Shown: piece by piece, positions 8,831-18,205 of the stretch
Layout: each line of letters begins with the position of its first letter
Numbering within the stretch: the stretch's first letter is position 1
From: a virus
IMG/VR virus record: IMGVR_UViG_3300009149_000027
Location: 3,060 to 67,059 of that record
DNA: 64,000 bases
Strand: one strand, 5' to 3'
Notes under the pieces: model-generated
The model's input: only the letters and a program-made list of their open reading frames with translations
Databases searched by the model: none
What the model was told of the DNA's origin: nothing
Program-made: the position numbers and the translations under genes

Positions 8831-9106
8831 ATGCTAACCCGTGATGAACACTTCACCAAAATTAACGACTATGCCCACATGACCGTAGGCGAAGAGTGGG
8901 AGATCGACAAAGAGACCTATTGGTATTTTCTGGAATGCTTGCCCCCCCTGGCGATGGCTCACGGTTGCTTTTGGATGAGCGAATTTACCAAAGGCAGCGT
9001 AACGGGCCGATACCGCAAGCAGGGGGATCGCTACTTCGCATCTGAGCAGGACATCCGCACAGATCCCCTGTTCCCCACCAAAGCCGAAAGAATGTGCTGG
9101 GCCTAA
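8831..9106 (+). CDS. DUF1419-like protein
   Basis: EID.ETYWYFLECLPPL..F.MSEF..GSVT pattern. Confidence 0.55.
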   Translation: MLTRDEHFTKINDYAHMTVGEEWEIDKETYWYFLECLPPLAMAHGCFWMSEFTKGSVTGRYRKQGDRYFASEQDIRTDPLFPTKAERMCWA

Positions 9107-9163
9107 GTTCCGCCCCTACCCCCCAATCTATCCGATGCACTTACACAAAGGAGAAAACACACG

Positions 9164-9424
9164 ATGCAGATCCACATCCAACCCGACCCAACCCCCGAAG
9201 AGGAAACCGACCGCCTGTTCTACTGTACCGTGATCGACGGCGACCGTCATGGTTTCCTCCTCGGACCCTATGAAACCCTGGCCGGGGCCGAGGCTAACGT
9301 GAAACGGGCGCGGATCCTTGCGCATTCTATTGATCCAAATACCGTCTGGTATGGTATTGGAGCGGCTGGCATTTTGCGTAGCAACCCCCAGCCCACCCGC
9401 GTCCTCTTCGCCGACCAGACCTAG
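9164..9424 (+). CDS. hypothetical protein
   Basis: AGGAG RBS. Confidence 0.65.
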   Translation: MQIHIQPDPTPEEETDRLFYCTVIDGDRHGFLLGPYETLAGAEANVKRARILAHSIDPNTVWYGIGAAGILRSNPQPTRVLFADQT

Positions 9425-9489
9425 ACAACGCTGGACCCCTGAACCTATCCGATTCATTTCGCACCACTTAGCAGAGGAGAAAACGACCG

Positions 9490-9786
9490 ATGACCAACCC
9501 TATCACTTACGGCACCTGGGAAGTTTCCAAGGACGCTACGCCCGACTATGCCCCACAGTTTACCATCTACGCCGAAGACACCGGGGAGCGTGTGGCGACT
9601 GTCTTCCAGACCCCTGCAAATGCCCGACTGATCGCCGCAGCCCCTGATATGCTGCGGGCGCTGAAATTGGCCGATGAGTACATCTACGAAACCATCTATG
9701 AGGCAACGCCCAGAACAAGCGTCAAGGATTCAGGTCGAATACTGCGCGCCGTTGTTGACGCCATTTCCCTAGCCACGGAGGGCTAA
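9490..9786 (+). CDS. phage protein of the ANARLIAAAP family
   Basis: ANARLIAAAPDML motif; GAGGAG RBS. Confidence 0.75.
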   Translation: MTNPITYGTWEVSKDATPDYAPQFTIYAEDTGERVATVFQTPANARLIAAAPDMLRALKLADEYIYETIYEATPRTSVKDSGRILRAVVDAISLATEG

Positions 9787-9789
9787 CCC

Positions 9790-10011
9790 ATGACCGACGA
9801 GGACAAAACCACTATCCGCACGATGCAACGCAACCTGATGCAGATCAAGAGAACGGGGAAAGCGCCCATCAATCTGGTGCAGTATCAGAAGATGGGGCTA
9901 ATCGCCATCCGACGCAAAAACGTAAAACTGGCTTCGGGCCGAACGGAAAAGATATTTGACCGGCTGCTACTGACCGACAAAGGCAAGCGCACCCTCTCCG
10001 CAATTGTCTAA
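9790..10011 (+). CDS. basic hypothetical protein
   Basis: GGAGG RBS. Confidence 0.6.
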   Translation: MTDEDKTTIRTMQRNLMQIKRTGKAPINLVQYQKMGLIAIRRKNVKLASGRTEKIFDRLLLTDKGKRTLSAIV

Positions 10012-10077
10012 TCGATGACACTATCCCCCTGAACCTATCCGACGATCTTTGACCCATTACCAAAGGATGACACCACC

Positions 10078-10335
10078 ATGACAATCTTCCGCATCGGCCG
10101 CCCCGACTTCTGGCACATATCCCACAACCTGGACAAAGTTCAGACCGACCCCGAAACCCTCAAGACCCTAAAGCATGGGATCAACTGTTTCAAGATGTTA
10201 ATTTCCATCGGGTCGAGTCTCAACGCCTCGGAATTTGCCTACCTGATTGGCGGGGATTATGACATGAGCAACCCAAAGACCGCCGCAGTCGTCAACGCAT
10301 TTTTCAGCCTATCCACAAAGGAAACCATCCGATGA
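10078..10335 (+). CDS. hypothetical protein
   Basis: AAGGA RBS, ATGA overlap. Confidence 0.6.
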   Translation: MTIFRIGRPDFWHISHNLDKVQTDPETLKTLKHGINCFKMLISIGSSLNASEFAYLIGGDYDMSNPKTAAVVNAFFSLSTKETIR

Positions 10336-10595
10336 ACACCAAGATCCGCAAAATCACCAAGTTTGACCCGTGCCCCTCCCACAAAAGTTTCTTTCACGGA
10401 ATGGCCCGCTACCGCAAAGCCGATTATTTTAGCCAGGGGGGACCGTCAGTAGGCCCCTGCTGCAGTGGCGCGGGGTGCCGAATCTCCCCAGGCCGGGACA
10501 TTTTCATTGAGGAGGTCTGCCGCCGCACATACAACACCTATACGCTGGGGACCCCATTCTCATGGCAGATCAACAAAGACGGGGTGACGATATGA
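10332..10595 (+). CDS. hypothetical protein
   Basis: Overlaps with both neighbours. Confidence 0.55.
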   Translation: MNTKIRKITKFDPCPSHKSFFHGMARYRKADYFSQGGPSVGPCCSGAGCRISPGRDIFIEEVCRRTYNTYTLGTPFSWQINKDGVTI

Positions 10596-10948
10596 CCGCC
10601 GCCGTCACCCTCATCAATCAATCGTTTCACGAAGTCAACGCCGGGACAATCCTCCATCCCCTCCTCGTGTGGGAGTGCGACGTGGACCGCATCGGCGGCA
10701 AGACGGGCGCACAGGCCATCCTGGATGAACTGCTAACCCTGGACCCCCTCTTTGTATCCGACGCAATCTGGGAGACAATGGCGGCCCTGAGAGACTACCT
10801 GGCCGACCCCGACGCTGACCCCTGGGGAGTGGAATATGTGATTGAGGCTTACGACCAGGCCCTGCTGGACGCCATGACCCTCAACTGTGCCCGACGCAAC
10901 GCCGAGGCCCTTACCTATCCGATGTTTCAGGGGGCAATGGCTATCTGA
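10592..10948 (+). CDS. hypothetical protein
   Basis: ATGA overlap. Confidence 0.6.
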   Translation: MTAAVTLINQSFHEVNAGTILHPLLVWECDVDRIGGKTGAQAILDELLTLDPLFVSDAIWETMAALRDYLADPDADPWGVEYVIEAYDQALLDAMTLNCARRNAEALTYPMFQGAMAI

Positions 10949-11032
10949 TAAGTGCGGCTTATGTAAACGTCTCCGTGACCGCCACGGAGTGGACAATCTA
11001 TCCGATTTACTTTCACAAAGGAAACCTGAACC

Positions 11033-11323
11033 ATGAGCAAGCCCTACATGCACGTTTACGTGAACACCGACGAAAATGCCCTGTTTGGCAGCGAAGGCCC
11101 TGGCGAACACGACGCAGATTTGAGCCGAAAATCATACGTCAACATGGTCGAAGGCGCAGTAGTCGAGGCGTTCCCCGACCACGATGTCGATGTCGTCGAA
11201 GCGCCGCATACACGATACATTGACGGTGACTTCGAGACGAGTGGCGACTTCGACGACGCCGCCACGGCCGAGCGGATCGTCAACGATGTCTACGGCTCGT
11301 TTGAATGGCTAGTCAACGAGTAA
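11033..11323 (+). CDS. acidic hypothetical protein
   Basis: AAGGA RBS; D/E rich. Confidence 0.65.
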   Translation: MSKPYMHVYVNTDENALFGSEGPGEHDADLSRKSYVNMVEGAVVEAFPDHDVDVVEAPHTRYIDGDFETSGDFDDAATAERIVNDVYGSFEWLVNE

Positions 11324-11448
11324 CGCCGCAGGACGTGGAAAGCGACTCGCCCGCCCCCATACACCTATCCGACGCATTCCACGTCCTGGCGGCCCAGCCA
11401 CGGTCCCAGGGGGGCAATCAACATCCGATTCAAAAAGGAACATCAACC

Positions 11449-11670
11449 ATGATTTACAAACGAGCGACCAAAGCATTACAAGATGCGGGAATTGAAGGTA
11501 TCGTTATCAAAAAGTATCTTTGGGGACCGGCCCCGCATTACGTTCAGGCAATCCGCCAATCCTCACGCTGCTTTAATACCTGGCAGCAAGCCAGGGACGC
11601 CGTGCTGGACGGATTCCGACCTACTGTCGAGGAATGGGCAATACAGGGAGAGACTCATGTCACCCAATGA
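11449..11670 (+). CDS. hypothetical protein
   Basis: AAGGA RBS before ATG 11449. Confidence 0.55.
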   Translation: MIYKRATKALQDAGIEGIVIKKYLWGPAPHYVQAIRQSSRCFNTWQQARDAVLDGFRPTVEEWAIQGETHVTQ

Positions 11671-12316
11671 CAAGGTAAACCAATACGTCAGCGCCGTTGT
11701 GCTGCAAAAGCGCCTGGGCAAGATTCCAGCCATCATAAAGACAAAGCAGAAAAAGTTGAAAAGCCCGACGTTGACCAACACGTGGAAAACCCGCCATGAG
11801 AACGACATCGTAGCCTGGGAAGCCCAGCAAGCCGCCATCAAAGAGGAACTGGCCATCCGGGGGGATGAGAGGATGTCCGAACTACTGTGCCGAGTGACAG
11901 CACCCACCACGAACGATAAATGGATAGGTGAGGATGACCTGTACCAGCACGGGCGGGAGAATGGCCTGCCCGACGACCTGATGGAAGTGCGCCCCGTGCG
12001 CTGGGAGCCAGACGTGATCGGCCTCTACACCACCAGAGCCGGTGTCCAGAAGTACCACCGCAAGGAAGTGGAGTGGGCTAACAAGACGTTCAGATTGCCC
12101 AAGGCGAAGATGGACAACCTGGAACGGTGGGCGGAACTGCTGGACACCTACGCCGCCGCTGGCCCCAACCGGCGCGACGGACCCACGCCCAAAGCATCTC
12201 TGCAAAGCCTTTTCAGCCTGCTATCAGAGGTGGACCCCCTGCTTGTATCCGACGCATTGCGCCCACTGGTCCAGATGGCGAAAGCCAACAGGAGCGGGGA
12301 CGAGGACGACGACTAG
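11657..12316 (+). CDS. hypothetical protein
   Basis: GGGAG RBS before ATG 11657; long ORF. Confidence 0.7.
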   Translation: MSPNDKVNQYVSAVVLQKRLGKIPAIIKTKQKKLKSPTLTNTWKTRHENDIVAWEAQQAAIKEELAIRGDERMSELLCRVTAPTTNDKWIGEDDLYQHGRENGLPDDLMEVRPVRWEPDVIGLYTTRAGVQKYHRKEVEWANKTFRLPKAKMDNLERWAELLDTYAAAGPNRRDGPTPKASLQSLFSLLSEVDPLLVSDALRPLVQMAKANRSGDEDDD

Positions 12317-12324
12317 GCACAACA

Positions 12325-12350
12325 AAGCCCAGGCATCCCGGCCTGGGCTT
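12325..12350. terminator. terminator hairpin between convergent genes
   Basis: AAGCCCAGGC/GCCTGGGCTT stem. Confidence 0.65.
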
Positions 12351-12385
12351 CTCCGTTCTGTATATCCGACTCATTTTCTAGACAA

Positions 12386-13147
12386 TCAAAAAGCCAGGTG
12401 CGTTCCCAGCCGCTTGGCGTATTCCACCAGCACTGCCTCCGGCACGTTGTCCTGGTCCAGCGCCCCGTCCCAAGCCGCCGCCGGGTGGCCGTCCCGGTAC
12501 GTTGTCATGGAGACCCTCGTATGTATCCGATGATCCACCACCGACACGAAGAAGTGATAGTCGCTGTAGTTCTGGTCCGCCCGCAATAATCTGTCTATCT
12601 CCTCAACCCCCGCCATTGCACTGGGGGCCTCCGCCAACCGACCTACAATCTCCCTCAGTACGGCCGTATCCGACGCATCCGCCGCCAACCCATAGGCATT
12701 GATGGCATTGTCTCGCACAGCGGGGGACAGGGAATGCAACTTCCCTTCTTTTTCCGTGTCATAGTCCAGCGTACCCTGACGGGGCCATGTGCCCAGTTTG
12801 CCGATTGAGTTGGCGACACGGGCAGGCAGGGCCAGCACCGTTTCGGGCGACAATCCAGCCCCCGCAACCAGGCGCACGTAATCCCTGGTGCGCTGTTGCA
12901 ACGTTTCCATGCTGACGGTCACGACACCCCGATTGCGACACTCGAAAACGAAGGACCGCAGCCACCCCTCCCAGCTATCAGATTCGTCCCGCCAAAGCTG
13001 TAGTTCGTAGATGTCGAATAGGTGGGCATAGCCCTGGAATGCCCACCGATCTGCCTCGTGAAAACAAGTTATCGCCTGCTCCGATAGCTGGAACAGACGA
13101 TTCACAACGAGATGGGCAGGCGCTTCAATGACCAAATCAGTTTGCAT
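12386..13147 (-). CDS. hypothetical protein (helical, possibly DNA binding)
   Basis: 253 aa ORF, GGGGGTG RBS. Confidence 0.75.
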   Translation of the reverse strand: MQTDLVIEAPAHLVVNRLFQLSEQAITCFHEADRWAFQGYAHLFDIYELQLWRDESDSWEGWLRSFVFECRNRGVVTVSMETLQQRTRDYVRLVAGAGLSPETVLALPARVANSIGKLGTWPRQGTLDYDTEKEGKLHSLSPAVRDNAINAYGLAADASDTAVLREIVGRLAEAPSAMAGVEEIDRLLRADQNYSDYHFFVSVVDHRIHTRVSMTTYRDGHPAAAWDGALDQDNVPEAVLVEYAKRLGTHLAF

Positions 13148-13273
13148 GATTCACCCCCATGTCCGCCACCTTCCGCCACACCGCCGCACCCATCCACCCC
13201 AAACACAACAAAGCCGCCATCACATAGACGGCGGCCAGGGTGATACTGGTTTCGAGACGGGCTAGGGATTGCG

Positions 13274-13621
13274 TCATGTGTGGCTCCAACTGGACCCGAA
13301 AGCGCCGGGGTGCGTGGCTGTGCTGATGTTACCGGGGGACGTGGTGGCCGCGGTAAGCGTGTCACCGATTGTGATCTTGTCGTTTTTCCCGGACATAGGA
13401 TCGCCCGCCCAAAGTTTCGTGTGTTCGCATCTACCGTCAGGATAAGGAAACGGCGTAGCAGGCTGGCCGTAGTATGGCACGGTCACGGACTTTTCAGTCT
13501 CACGCTTGCTAAAAAGATCGTGCAATTCAGCATACAGTTTCCAAGCGTCGTCAACGGATAGCGAGAAAAACGCTTTTTTGCCGTCAAGTGCCGTAACCTT
13601 TGCTGTGATTTCTATGGGCAT
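13274..13621 (-). CDS. hypothetical protein
   Basis: AGGAG RBS before MPIEITAKV. Confidence 0.55.
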   Translation of the reverse strand: MPIEITAKVTALDGKKAFFSLSVDDAWKLYAELHDLFSKRETEKSVTVPYYGQPATPFPYPDGRCEHTKLWAGDPMSGKNDKITIGDTLTAATTSPGNISTATHPGAFGSSWSHT

Positions 13622-13947
13622 GGGTTGCGCTCCTGGGTGGCTGATACCGCAGAACGGTATCGTTGCCGTGCCTACACGTGGCAGGTCGGCATGGGGGGAC
13701 GTGAATGTGGGGCTATTCCCACGTGGCACGTGAGAACGCCCCTGGAGAAATCTTACTGCCAAAACGTGCGGTGTGTCTTGGCGGCTACTCTCTACCTGCC
13801 GTCTGATGTTGCCTAGAAAGTCTGTGGTCGGCAATTGACACGAACAGGCTAGTAGCCTTGGAACGATGCACGTTCAAACATCAGCATATCACAGAAGACG
13901 ACGCAATGCAACAGGATGCGAAGAATTCGTGGAGGGTGTCTTTATGC

Positions 13948-14175
13948 CTAGCTATGCTCCGCTCTATGGCAGTCCCGGCACAACGACCGTAAATTCCATG
14001 GCCTGTAAGATCCACCGTCCGCAACCCGCCGCTTATGATCTACTTCCAGCCACATGCCGCCATACTTCGCCTTCGCCCCGCACTCACGGCACCTATAACC
14101 GTCGCGCTCAAGGACCGCCGTCCTCAGTACCCGCCAGCGGAAGCTCTCACCGTCGTAGCGGTGGCCGGACTTCAT
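13948..14175 (-). CDS. small HNH endonuclease (possible packaging-associated, gp74-like)
   Basis: RDGYRCRECG, EVDH, GG, NLRSLCRDCH. Confidence 0.85.
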   Translation of the reverse strand: MKSGHRYDGESFRWRVLRTAVLERDGYRCRECGAKAKYGGMWLEVDHKRRVADGGSYRPWNLRSLCRDCHRAEHS

Positions 14176-14243
14176 GCCGATGGAGAGGATGAGGGCAACG
14201 AATTGCTAGTAGATGATGCGGATCGTGTAGATGCCTCTGTGTT

Positions 14244-14483
14244 TTACTTCCTGTCCAATATGTCGGTTTTTTCCCACAGGTTGCACTTGCCGTTGCAGGA
14301 CACCCTGATTGAGCCGTCAAAAATTAGTATTTTGCCGATTACATCCACAAGCGGATCTTGCATTCTGGTGCAATAAAACGCCATCATCGATCTTAGCATA
14401 TCATGCTCCATCACAGAATAGTCGCAGTTCATGCAGCTATCCTGTTCGATGTATATTAGCCTCGTTTTCATCCTCTTACCCAC
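14244..14483 (-). CDS. Cys-rich hypothetical protein
   Basis: CMNCDY and CNGKC motifs; in minus-strand run. Confidence 0.5.
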   Translation of the reverse strand: MGKRMKTRLIYIEQDSCMNCDYSVMEHDMLRSMMAFYCTRMQDPLVDVIGKILIFDGSIRVSCNGKCNLWEKTDILDRK

Positions 14484-14959
14484 TCCCCCTCCCTCAACCC
14501 CAGCGCCACCACGGTGTCAACAAGCTCGCCCCCGTCGCAATCCATTGTCGGGCAGGCCTTCCCGGCCACCGCCTCGCCGCACAACATGCACGTTCGCTCC
14601 CCAGGGGCCACCCGGATCACCACGCCCTCGATGCCGTCCCAGCCGCACGGCAGGTCCGGCACGTCTCGCACCGTGGGCGGCTTAGGTGGGCGGTTGGCCG
14701 GTGCATTGAACTGGTCCCCGGCAGACTTGCTGCTTAAAACATTTTTCGACGACAGGCTATCCCGCCATACCTTGCGCCCCTGCTCTCTGGTGCGCGGTTC
14801 GATACCGTGCGCTTTTAGAATCCGGTGAATCTTTTCCCGGCCAGTCCGATACTCAGCTTTGAGGGCAGAGAACGAAGTCCCAGCGGCGTACTTCTCCGCT
14901 ATCTCTTTTTCTTGTATTTTCGTCAATTCCGTGCCAATGCCCTGCGCCATCGTCAACAC
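14468..14959 (-). CDS. HTH domain protein with C-terminal Zn ribbon
   Basis: EIAEKYAAGTSFSALKAEY..IHRILK HTH; CMLC/CPTMDC. Confidence 0.65.
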   Translation of the reverse strand: MLTMAQGIGTELTKIQEKEIAEKYAAGTSFSALKAEYRTGREKIHRILKAHGIEPRTREQGRKVWRDSLSSKNVLSSKSAGDQFNAPANRPPKPPTVRDVPDLPCGWDGIEGVVIRVAPGERTCMLCGEAVAGKACPTMDCDGGELVDTVVALGLREGEWVRG

Positions 14960-15324
14960 TCACTTTCATATTGATTGCTTACCCTCGGCAGCCTGCGACC
15001 ATCCCATTGCCCGCTCGCCGTCTGGTTATGTCGTTTCGGACTATCAATCTAATGTGGCGAAATGGTCAGCCAAGTCCCCCCAGTCCACAAGGGCCGAACC
15101 CCCATCCGGCGGATATATCCAGCCGCCCGCCGACTGCCAATAGCCCAGGTCTCTGGCCTTCCTGGCGGTTTTCTTTTCCCACCACATTGGTTCGTGGCCG
15201 GGACACCAGCCAACGAATGGAGCGCCGGTGTAGCGCTTCACGGGCCACGGAGGGGCATCCTCGCTGCGACCAGACGGAACGAACGAACCCTCGTCAACTA
15301 AATCTATGCTATCTGAAAACTGTT

Positions 15325-15576
15325 TCATCCGTCTATCTCCTTTGTCGATTCCTGCGAATAAAATCGCCCACATACCTCGCACGTCGCCTTGAAGCGCAAC
15401 CAGCGCACCGAACCCGCCCGCTTCACCGTGGCCCGCAACGTGATGGGCGTCAAGTCCATAGCTATCTGGCCCTCAACCGGATGCCCGCAGACGATGGGGT
15501 AGCCCGTGGCGATGAAGCGGCGGGCGCTGGTGAAGTTGCGTAGAGCGTCGGGGACTGCGTTGTCTACGGTTGGCAT
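15325..15576 (-). CDS. hypothetical protein
   Basis: Overlaps neighbours; CEVCG motif. Confidence 0.5.
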   Translation of the reverse strand: MPTVDNAVPDALRNFTSARRFIATGYPIVCGHPVEGQIAMDLTPITLRATVKRAGSVRWLRFKATCEVCGRFYSQESTKEIDG

Positions 15577-16016
15577 GGGTGGGCCTCTCTGATAAACTCA
15601 ATAATCGGCTGAATGTTATCATAGTCAAGCATGTCGCTGGTCAGCCGGAACACTCGCCAGCCAGCCAGGATTGCGGCGTTATATTTTATTGCGTCATTCC
15701 GATACCCCTCATGCCGATTGTGCCGCCCATTGCCCCGTGTCCCTCCCTCCACTTCAACCGCGACCATCGTTTTGGTGCAGGCAAAGTCAAAGGCCCATTT
15801 GCGGGTTGGATGGAATCTGTACTCACGAATCAGCGTAGGCCCCTCAAAAGCCCACCACGCCTGCGAGAACGTCGCTTCTAGTGTGGACTGTCCCCCAGTG
15901 ACCTTAGACGCCATAGCAGGCCGCTGTGGGGCTGTGGAGGCGTCCTGGTTCTCTAGGGCGAGATGCGGATTGTTCCGCAACTGCTGAATTAGGAATTCTT
16001 CGGTGAAATTCGTCAT
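15564..16016 (-). CDS. Vsr/DUF559-like PD-(D/E)xK endonuclease
   Basis: REYRFHPTRKWAFDFA, AVEVEGG, GRH, D..KYNAA...GWRVFR. Confidence 0.85.
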   Translation of the reverse strand: MTNFTEEFLIQQLRNNPHLALENQDASTAPQRPAMASKVTGGQSTLEATFSQAWWAFEGPTLIREYRFHPTRKWAFDFACTKTMVAVEVEGGTRGNGRHNRHEGYRNDAIKYNAAILAGWRVFRLTSDMLDYDNIQPIIEFIREAHPCQP

Positions 16017-16240
16017 CCCGTCACCCAAAAATCTCTCACGCTTACCACCGGCGCTGGATCCCTGATAGTTTTATTGACTTCTTCCCGCCAAACTTGGTAC
16101 GGGTAATGCTCGCGCAACCCAAATGGATAGGCAGCGAAAAGCAGCTTCTTCAATTCATCACCACTGGCGTTAGGGTTATCTGTTTGCACACCCCGAATCA
16201 CAAATTGCGCTTGCTCTCGCCATGTTCGTTGTTTTCTCAT
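16013..16240 (-). CDS. hypothetical phage protein
   Basis: AYPFG.R..YPY.VW..EV motif; ATGA overlaps. Confidence 0.65.
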   Translation of the reverse strand: MRKQRTWREQAQFVIRGVQTDNPNASGDELKKLLFAAYPFGLREHYPYQVWREEVNKTIRDPAPVVSVRDFWVTG

Positions 16241-16570
16241 CCCGTCACCCTAGCACCCTCCCTAATCATAGCCTCCCATTCAGAAGTACCGTCTACAAAA
16301 AGTTCACATTCCTGACTGGGCCACCGCCAGCGGTAACACGCCGTGCAAACCCGCTGCACCTGCCCAGCCGCTTGGCGACTGTCTGCCTGGGCAAAGTTGA
16401 CGGTTTGTGTTTGGCATTTGGCTATTTGCGTTTTGCGTGTCATCGTTCCCCCTTCCGCCGGGCATAATCCGCCCGGCGCTTTTTGTTATGTCGTGCTGAC
16501 CAGATGCGCCCGAACACGAAGGCGAAGGCCAGCCACACGGCGTAAGCGGCCAGCCAGAATAGCGGGGAGG

Positions 16571-17002
16571 TCAAAACGTATCCGTCCCCCAGCCTTCGGG
16601 ATGCCGATCCACCACATCCTGAGCCGTGGCGTTCTGGCTGCCGTAGATGATGCCACCGATTAGCCCATCTGCCTCCACCAGGCGTACCCTGCTGCGCCCG
16701 GCCTCGAATCCGTTGTGAAGATGGCCCCGTTGCTCGTCTGCCAAAATCTTCGTGCGTGTGGCTTCCTCCAAAGCTATCCCGCAAATATGGGAGATCTGGT
16801 ACAGCACCACCAGCACGTCGGCGGCTTCCTCGGCGGTCCCGACGTCCTTCCGCAATGCCCGACCCAACTCCCCGACCTCCTCAACCAGTCGCAAAAATTG
16901 CGCCATCAGTAGCGGATTTTTGGCGTTGGTCGGGATGGCGTCGGGTCCGTAGAATCCCCTACCCTGTACACTGGCAACGGCTTGCGCTTGTAGGTCATTC
17001 AT
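16571..17002 (-). CDS. MazG-like nucleotide pyrophosphohydrolase
   Basis: LVEEVGEL..ALRK..EEAADVL motif. Confidence 0.8.
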   Translation of the reverse strand: MNDLQAQAVASVQGRGFYGPDAIPTNAKNPLLMAQFLRLVEEVGELGRALRKDVGTAEEAADVLVVLYQISHICGIALEEATRTKILADEQRGHLHNGFEAGRSRVRLVEADGLIGGIIYGSQNATAQDVVDRHPEGWGTDTF

Positions 17003-17237
17003 TCTCGATCTCCCCCGGCGTATCGCTCATCTCGCTTGACACTACTGGCCTCTCAATAGTTGCGTATTGCTCCTCAAATTCAACTTGCGACCGAAAATTG
17101 AGTGCCTTGACAGCCTTATCGCAGGCGCTTACCATCTCGCCACGAAAACCCGTACTGAATGGTTCATCCTCGTGATTTGCCCACGCGTTGACGAAGCACC
17201 CAAGCGCATCCAAGGCCACGTTCTCAAAGTTACTCAT
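16995..17237 (-). CDS. hypothetical protein
   Basis: Overlapping gene run. Confidence 0.5.
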   Translation of the reverse strand: MSNFENVALDALGCFVNAWANHEDEPFSTGFRGEMVSACDKAVKALNFRSQVEFEEQYATIERPVVSSEMSDTPGEIENE

Positions 17238-17565
17238 ACCTTTTATTCCCTCCCGTTAGACGCAAAGAATAACCCTCACACTCATGCACTGGAAACCCCA
17301 TCAACTTCCCGCCATGCGTCAGTTTTCCCCAAGTATGCGCCATGCCGTGTTGAAACATATATTCAGCCACATCGTCCGGGATGCCGTAAATTGCAATGTA
17401 CTCATGTTCCCAAATTTGCGGAACCTCCCAATACACGGTCGCCGTGTTTACGTTTTCCGTTTTTAGCTCACGCAGCATGTCGTTTAGCCGCTCAAACGTT
17501 ACTGCGTCAAATCCTGACGGGCCGTGTATGACAATCTTTTCAGCCGGGAATCTTCGCATTGTCAT
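17230..17565 (-). CDS. hypothetical protein
   Basis: GAAGGA RBS before MTMRR. Confidence 0.5.
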   Translation of the reverse strand: MTMRRFPAEKIVIHGPSGFDAVTFERLNDMLRELKTENVNTATVYWEVPQIWEHEYIAIYGIPDDVAEYMFQHGMAHTWGKLTHGGKLMGFPVHECEGYSLRLTGGNKRYE

Positions 17566-17716
17566 GGTGTCCTTCCCTTTTGTGATTTGTGCCAGGCTTC
17601 GTCCCGGCGTGTCTCGGCGGCCTTGTACCCGGCCAGTGTTTTCGTCACCCACAGCAGCCCGCCGACGATAGCCAGGATGCCCAGGGTGATGATTGCGGCT
17701 TGTGCGTTGTGGAGCG

Positions 17717-17998
17717 TCATGGTGAAACCTCACTGATAAAACGCTCCATTGCCCGAATCATCAATCGGTTTCTGCACATTCCTAGATTGTCAGCGGACTT
17801 TTCTATTTGTTCGTACAAATCAGCGCCGAACGATATGGTGACCTTTCTTCTGGCCGGAAAGTCCTTGCATTGCACATGAATCGACCCCTTTGAATTTCTC
17901 CCCATGAGATCGGAAATCTCCTGATATGTGTATCCAAGATCGTACAGTTGGCGCATAGACAGATCCTTGTTGCGCCCATCGTTTGCATCCACCATCAT
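17717..17998 (-). CDS. HTH/ribbon-helix-helix DNA-binding protein
   Basis: GYTYQEISDLMG HTH and LYEQIEKSADNLGMCRNRLM. Confidence 0.6.
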   Translation of the reverse strand: MMVDANDGRNKDLSMRQLYDLGYTYQEISDLMGRNSKGSIHVQCKDFPARRKVTISFGADLYEQIEKSADNLGMCRNRLMIRAMERFISEVSP

Positions 17999-18205
17999 TT
18001 ACCCCCAAAAGATCCAGCCAACAAACAGACCAAAAACAAACAGACCGATAGTCGAAACCCATATAAAAATCTTTAATGCTTTCCTCAGCGGTTCAACGTC
18101 CATATGCCCTCCTGTAGAATAAATGTTCCCCAATCGTCGCCACCAGCACCAGCCCCGGCCAGTCCGGGCTAACGCTTGCGGCGTGGAAGTGCGTGGCGCC
18201 GTAAC

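Noticed and set aside
8461-12673. TATCCGA repeats as a CRISPR or TIGR-type array
   Set aside because: Spacing is irregular (9 to ~900 bp), units are short, many lie inside ORFs, and no cas or Nop-domain gene is recognisable
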